Shown here piece after piece: positions 59,900-64,000 of a stretch of DNA of 64,000 nucleotides. The stretch spans positions 448,001 through 512,000 of the forward strand of contig JBGPIA010000001.1 in NCBI GenBank assembly GCA_041484665.1, given 5' to 3'. Each line of letters begins with the position of its first letter. Position 1 is the first letter of the stretch. Origin of the DNA: Candidatus Krumholzibacteriia bacterium. Lineage in GTDB: Bacteria > Krumholzibacteriota > Krumholzibacteriia > JAJRXK01. A program made the translations under genes and the position numbers. Under the pieces are notes generated by a model. That model did not search any database. It saw only the letters and a list, made by a program, of their open reading frames with translations, and was not told the DNA's origin.

Positions 59900-60166
59900 G
59901 GCTCCTTTCGCATCTCTAAGAATACCCAAGCTCCCCCCGCTGGCGTCAACGTCCGAAGGCGCGTCCCCCGGGCCGGCCGCCCCCGACCTCCCGGTCCACG
60001 CCCGCGCCCGCGGATGCGGGGCGGACCCGCGGAGACCTCCCAGACCCGGGCCCTGTGGGTGGGCTCACGCCTCCCGAGCAGCCGGGCCGTCATCCTACAG
60101 GGCATCTGGGCGGCAGAAACGACCGGACTGGCCGGCGCGGAGGGGGCTGGGTAGCATAGGGAGACC

Positions 60167-61342
60167 ATGGATGAGAGAGCGCGCCAGGAGCTGTTCCGCG
60201 GCAAGGTGATCCTCGCCCCCATGACCAAGGGCGGCAACCTGCCATTTCGGCAGCTCGCCGTCGAGCTGGGTGCCGAGGTCACCATGGGCGAGATGGCGAT
60301 GGCCGACAAGGTCGTTCGCCGAGCGCGCGGCGAGCTCGCCCTTTTGCGGCGCGCCCCCCAGGAGGGCTGCTTCGGGGCCCAACTGGCAGGCCGGCGGCCA
60401 GAGGAGCTCGCGCAGGCAGCCCACATCGCCCAGGAGCGCGGCGCCTCCTTCGTCGACCTCAACCTGGGCTGCCCCATCGACCTGTTCTGCAGGCGCGGCA
60501 TCGGGGCCGCGCTCCTGGAGAGGCCGGCCAAGGTGGGGACGCTGGTGGCCGCCATCCGCCGGGCAGTCGACATCCCCGTCACGGTGAAGCTACGCACGGG
60601 ATACGACGAGGAGCGGCCGCGCTATCTGGAGGTGGCCCGTGCCGCCCAGGAGGCCGGCGCCGACGCGGTCACGCTGCACGGGCGCAGCCGCACGCAGCGG
60701 TACCGGCGAGCGGCCGACTGGAATCTCGTGGGCGAGCTGACGGCGGCCCTCTCGATCCCGGTGATCGGCAACGGTGACCTGCTGACCTGGCGTGAGGTGG
60801 AGCAGCGGTGGCGGTCCACGGGTTGCGCGAGCGTCATGATCGCCCGCGGCGCACTGATCAAACCGTGGATCTTCCGCGAGATCCGCGAGCGGCGCGACCT
60901 CCTCCTCTCACCGGCGGAGCGGGCCGATCTACTGCGCCGCTGGGTCGCCCTGGCCCTTTTGCACTTTGGCGCCGACGAGCACGGCCGCACCCGTGTGCGG
61001 GACTTCCTCTGCTTCCATCTGGATTTCTTCAATCGCTACCGGCCGGTCGAGAGCGAGGCGGTCACGCCGGACGACCACCCGCTGATCCAGACGCGCGCCG
61101 ACTCACGGCCGCCCGCCGATGGCTGGCACGCCTTGCTCTACCGGACCGACCCCGAGGCGATCGCAGAGCTCGCCGACCGACTCATGGGCGAGACGCCCCG
61201 CGCCGACTGCGCGCAAGAGTCACCGGCGGCGAGAGCCCCTACCGACGAGGCGATCCTGGCGGTGACGGCCCGCGCGGCGACAGCCGCGGCGCCGGACCAC
61301 CCAACCGCTCCAGCGCCGCCTGCAGCCGCGCCAACTTCGTGA
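60167..61342 (+). CDS. tRNA-dihydrouridine synthase (Dus3-like motifs)
   Basis: LAPMTKGGNLPFR, DLNLGCP, LHGRSRTQRY, IGNGD, MIARGALIKPWIF. Confidence 0.9.
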   Translation: MDERARQELFRGKVILAPMTKGGNLPFRQLAVELGAEVTMGEMAMADKVVRRARGELALLRRAPQEGCFGAQLAGRRPEELAQAAHIAQERGASFVDLNLGCPIDLFCRRGIGAALLERPAKVGTLVAAIRRAVDIPVTVKLRTGYDEERPRYLEVARAAQEAGADAVTLHGRSRTQRYRRAADWNLVGELTAALSIPVIGNGDLLTWREVEQRWRSTGCASVMIARGALIKPWIFREIRERRDLLLSPAERADLLRRWVALALLHFGADEHGRTRVRDFLCFHLDFFNRYRPVESEAVTPDDHPLIQTRADSRPPADGWHALLYRTDPEAIAELADRLMGETPRADCAQESPAARAPTDEAILAVTARAATAAAPDHPTAPAPPAAAPTS

Positions 61343-61943
61343 TGGTCGAGGGACGCCAGGGGACGCGCGCGAGGCCGAACACCTCGCGCAGCCGCTGCTG
61401 CGCGTCCTGCTGCGCCTTGGGCCCGGCGACGGGGTCCACCTCGAGCTCCAGCTCCCGACCCACCGTTCCGTCCGGATAGTGCGTCTCGTCGAGCTCCGCC
61501 CACAGCGGCGCTCCCGGACCGGGAAGCCGCGCGGTCACGCGCACGTTCGTCAGCGCGCCCAGCGGCTGCAGGGACGCCGGATCCAGCTGCGGCGGCAACG
61601 GGGTTGCCCCGGCGGATTCCAGCAGCTGCGCAACTGCGGACCCCAGCGACGCACCGCCAGTGCCGAGCCGCTCCCACTCGCCCGCGGCGAGGGGGCGCTC
61701 CCACTCCCCACGCGTGACGAAGGCGGTGCCGGACGTCTGGGGCGCCGGCCCCTTGATCGTGAGCAGCCCATCGTTGCGTGTGCGTCGCAGACGCACGGCC
61801 CAACCCTCGGCCGCGAAGCGGTGCTGCGGGTCCTCGAAGTACAGGTTCTCCTGGCGGGTGGGCGGTCCTACGTCCTGCAGCACGGCGGCGAGCGCGCGCG
61901 CCTCGGTCTCGTTCTCCAGGATCAGCTTGATCTCGACTTCCAC
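61239..61943 (-). CDS. CYTH domain protein
   Basis: EVEIK (ExExK), QENLYFE, VRLR, TIKG, R.E.E, LDET.Y, ELELE. Confidence 0.85.
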   Translation of the reverse strand: MEVEIKLILENETEARALAAVLQDVGPPTRQENLYFEDPQHRFAAEGWAVRLRRTRNDGLLTIKGPAPQTSGTAFVTRGEWERPLAAGEWERLGTGGASLGSAVAQLLESAGATPLPPQLDPASLQPLGALTNVRVTARLPGPGAPLWAELDETHYPDGTVGRELELEVDPVAGPKAQQDAQQRLREVFGLARVPWRPSTITKLARLQAALERLGGPAPRLSPRGPSPPGSPRR

Positions 61944-62514
61944 AGCGTGAAGGGGATGGACCGCACCCCGAGCGTGAAAGGCCATGAGCGAGAGATCGGA
62001 TGCCGACAGGGATGACCGGCGGCGGAAACAAGAACGGGCTGAGAGGGAGCGCGGCCGATCACCAGCGGTTGGTTGAGGTCGGTCAGGTTGGTCCCATCAC
62101 CCGACCGACGACCGTTGGGTCGCGAACTCGCTGCGGAATCCCCGCCACGCCCAGCGGAAGATCCCATGAGGGGTGCTAGCGGCGCCCGTGTGCTAGTCAC
62201 TCCCCCGTAAGAATGCGAGCTCAGCGTATCGTGCCCGCGCTCCCTCCCAGCCCGTGCCCGCCTGTGGCAACAAGCAAGGAGAAGGCCTTGCTACCGTCAA
62301 GGCGTCGCATACATAACGTCACGGCCACCTGTCGCGCAAGCACCAATTCTGTGACTTAGGCGGCGGCGGCGCGAGCCTTTGCAACTCGTTGACATCTAAG
62401 GGACACCCACGCGGTCCAGGCATTGACTTGTTCCGCCCGCAGCGCGCACACTGGGTGTACTCGCCCACTGCATGCAGCGCCCTGCATCCAAAAGCACCCG
62501 CCCTGCCCGGACCC

Positions 62515-63042
62515 GTGCGCGCCGACCTTTCGCGCCAACCCGGCTACTGGCTGGACCGCGCACATCGGCGCTCCGTGAAGCGACTGTCCCGGTGTCTCCA
62601 CGATGCTGGGCTTCCGCAGCTCTCGCCCGGGTTTATCGGCGCGTTGCTGGCGCTGGCTGAGGCGCAAACTTGCGGCTCGCGTGGACTGAGCATGACGGAG
62701 TTGGCGCAGCGTCTGGGGCTGGAACGTGGCAGCGTGACCGGGTTGGTGGACCGGATGTCCCGCGACGCGCTGGTGGAGCGCGGGCCAGATCCGCAGAACC
62801 GCCGCTTCCAGCGCGTGCGCCTCACCGCACACGCGTCGCGCCTGTTGCAGCACGTCAGGGAGGCGGTGCGCTCCCACGGAGCCCGTACGCTGCAAGGCAT
62901 GCGTGACGGCGAGCAGCGGACGTTGCTGACGAGCCTGCGGCGGCTGGTGACGCGGTTCGAAGGCGAGATCGCCCGGCCAGGCGCACCGCGCGCCCAGGCC
63001 ACGGTCAGCGGCGCAGGATCGGCCCGAGCAAGAACGCGTTGA
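62515..63042 (+). CDS. MarR family transcriptional regulator; start approximate
   Basis: SMTELAQRLGLERGSVTGLVDRMSRDALVER.PDPQNRR...VRLT. Confidence 0.85.
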   Translation: MRADLSRQPGYWLDRAHRRSVKRLSRCLHDAGLPQLSPGFIGALLALAEAQTCGSRGLSMTELAQRLGLERGSVTGLVDRMSRDALVERGPDPQNRRFQRVRLTAHASRLLQHVREAVRSHGARTLQGMRDGEQRTLLTSLRRLVTRFEGEIARPGAPRAQATVSGAGSARARTR

Positions 63043-64000
63043 GCAACAACCGGCTCGGTCCTTCCCACGCGCCGCGGAACGCCAGGTCCTCTGCGAACAG
63101 GATCACGTGGCCCTTACCGCGTGGCTCGTCGACCACGTAGGCCATCCCGCGCAATGCCTCCTCCATCGCCGGCCAGATGAAGCCGGCCGCGCGCAGCCCC
63201 TCGCGCGCGTAGAGTCCGACGTTCCAGCCCGCCACCGACGGCCGCAGGATGCGGTCGCTCAGCATGGACGCGTAGAGCACCGTGTCGGACTGCCCGAACG
63301 TGAGGAAATGGGTCGGGTCGAAGTGGACGCGGACGATTGCGCCCGGTACGCGGCCGGGCCGGTCGCGCAGCGGGATGGGGGGATCCTTCCCACGCTCGGA
63401 TAAGCCGCCTGCCGCGGGCGTCGCCGGCCGCAGCGCCGGCGCGCCGAGCGCTGCGCCAACCGCAGCGGAGGTGGCGCGCGGCGCGCGCTCCGCGCGCGGC
63501 ACGGGCTTGGCTGCGACGTGTGCTGACGTCCGGGTGGGCGGCTCCGTGGACGGCTGCGCAGGAAGGCCGCCCCTTTCGCCCGCGTCTCGGCGTGCGTCAA
63601 CTACATCCAGCTGTTCCCGGTTCAGATCGAACCGGTAGTGGTTGCGCCGCCCACCGGGCCACAGCTGCGTATGCTCCAGGGCCTCGGGCGTGTCATCCGC
63701 GCCCGGCTCCTGGCGTCCGAAGGCGCGCACATGGGCCAGGAAACGGCGCCGCCCGTCGGGATTCTGGCAGGGGTCGATCAGCTCGATGGTGTGCTGCAGC
63801 ACCTGCAGCGTCGCGGGGTCGGTGCCGGCAGCGAGCTGGTAGGTCAGCGCGAGGCCTGCGTCGGAGCCGCTGGCCTCGTCGCCGTGCACGCTGCACGCGA
63901 TCGAGGTGGCCGGCAGGCAGCGCTGGCGCGCCTGTTGCCGCAGCGCCTCGTCCCCGCGGCGCGCGCGTACGCAAGAACGCAGGTGACCGGACAGGGGAAC
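63005..64000 (-). pseudogene. M14 zinc carboxypeptidase remnant with a large internal deletion; 5' end runs off the window
   Basis: SVHGDEASG, DPCQNPDGR, NHYRFDLNR are joined through low-complexity sequence to the C-terminal PGAIVR...GHVILFAED..FRG module. Confidence 0.6.

Overview
Very GC-rich (roughly 70%+ by eye) bacterial chromosomal segment, densely coding, with about 50 genes. I saw no tRNA, rRNA, CRISPR array, prophage or IS. Two large secreted proteins end in the NxPNPFNPxTxIxF...WxGxxxxGxxxxSGxYxY FlgD-Ig/T9SS-like tail, which suggests an FCB-group lineage such as Krumholzibacteriota, Eisenbacteria or Latescibacterota (inference). Content: a glycan/envelope block (GH113, beta-barrel, GT4, GT-C-like), serA with a class V aminotransferase, tandem paralog pairs (crotonases, DUF4097, MDR dehydrogenases, M16 peptidases), ALDH7, an S8 protease, a complete pstSCAB-phoU-phoB-phoR operon with a visible Pho box, RluA, ChaB, two BCP peroxiredoxins, gmhA, a 5'-nucleotidase, an O-antigen ligase, Dus, CYTH, MarR and a collapsed M14 peptidase. 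The most striking observations are: (1) an Npt1/Npt2-like transporter whose TGA is followed by a SECIS-like hairpin and an in-frame extension, a candidate selenoprotein; (2) a barrel-only pyruvate-kinase-like protein lacking the catalytic Lys/Glu, next to a degenerate TagF-like gene; (3) tandem paralogs with lost catalytic residues; (4) a 133-nt rod-shaped intergenic RNA candidate; (5) a eukaryote Dus3-like tRNA dihydrouridine synthase. All calls come from reading motifs by eye; no searches were run.
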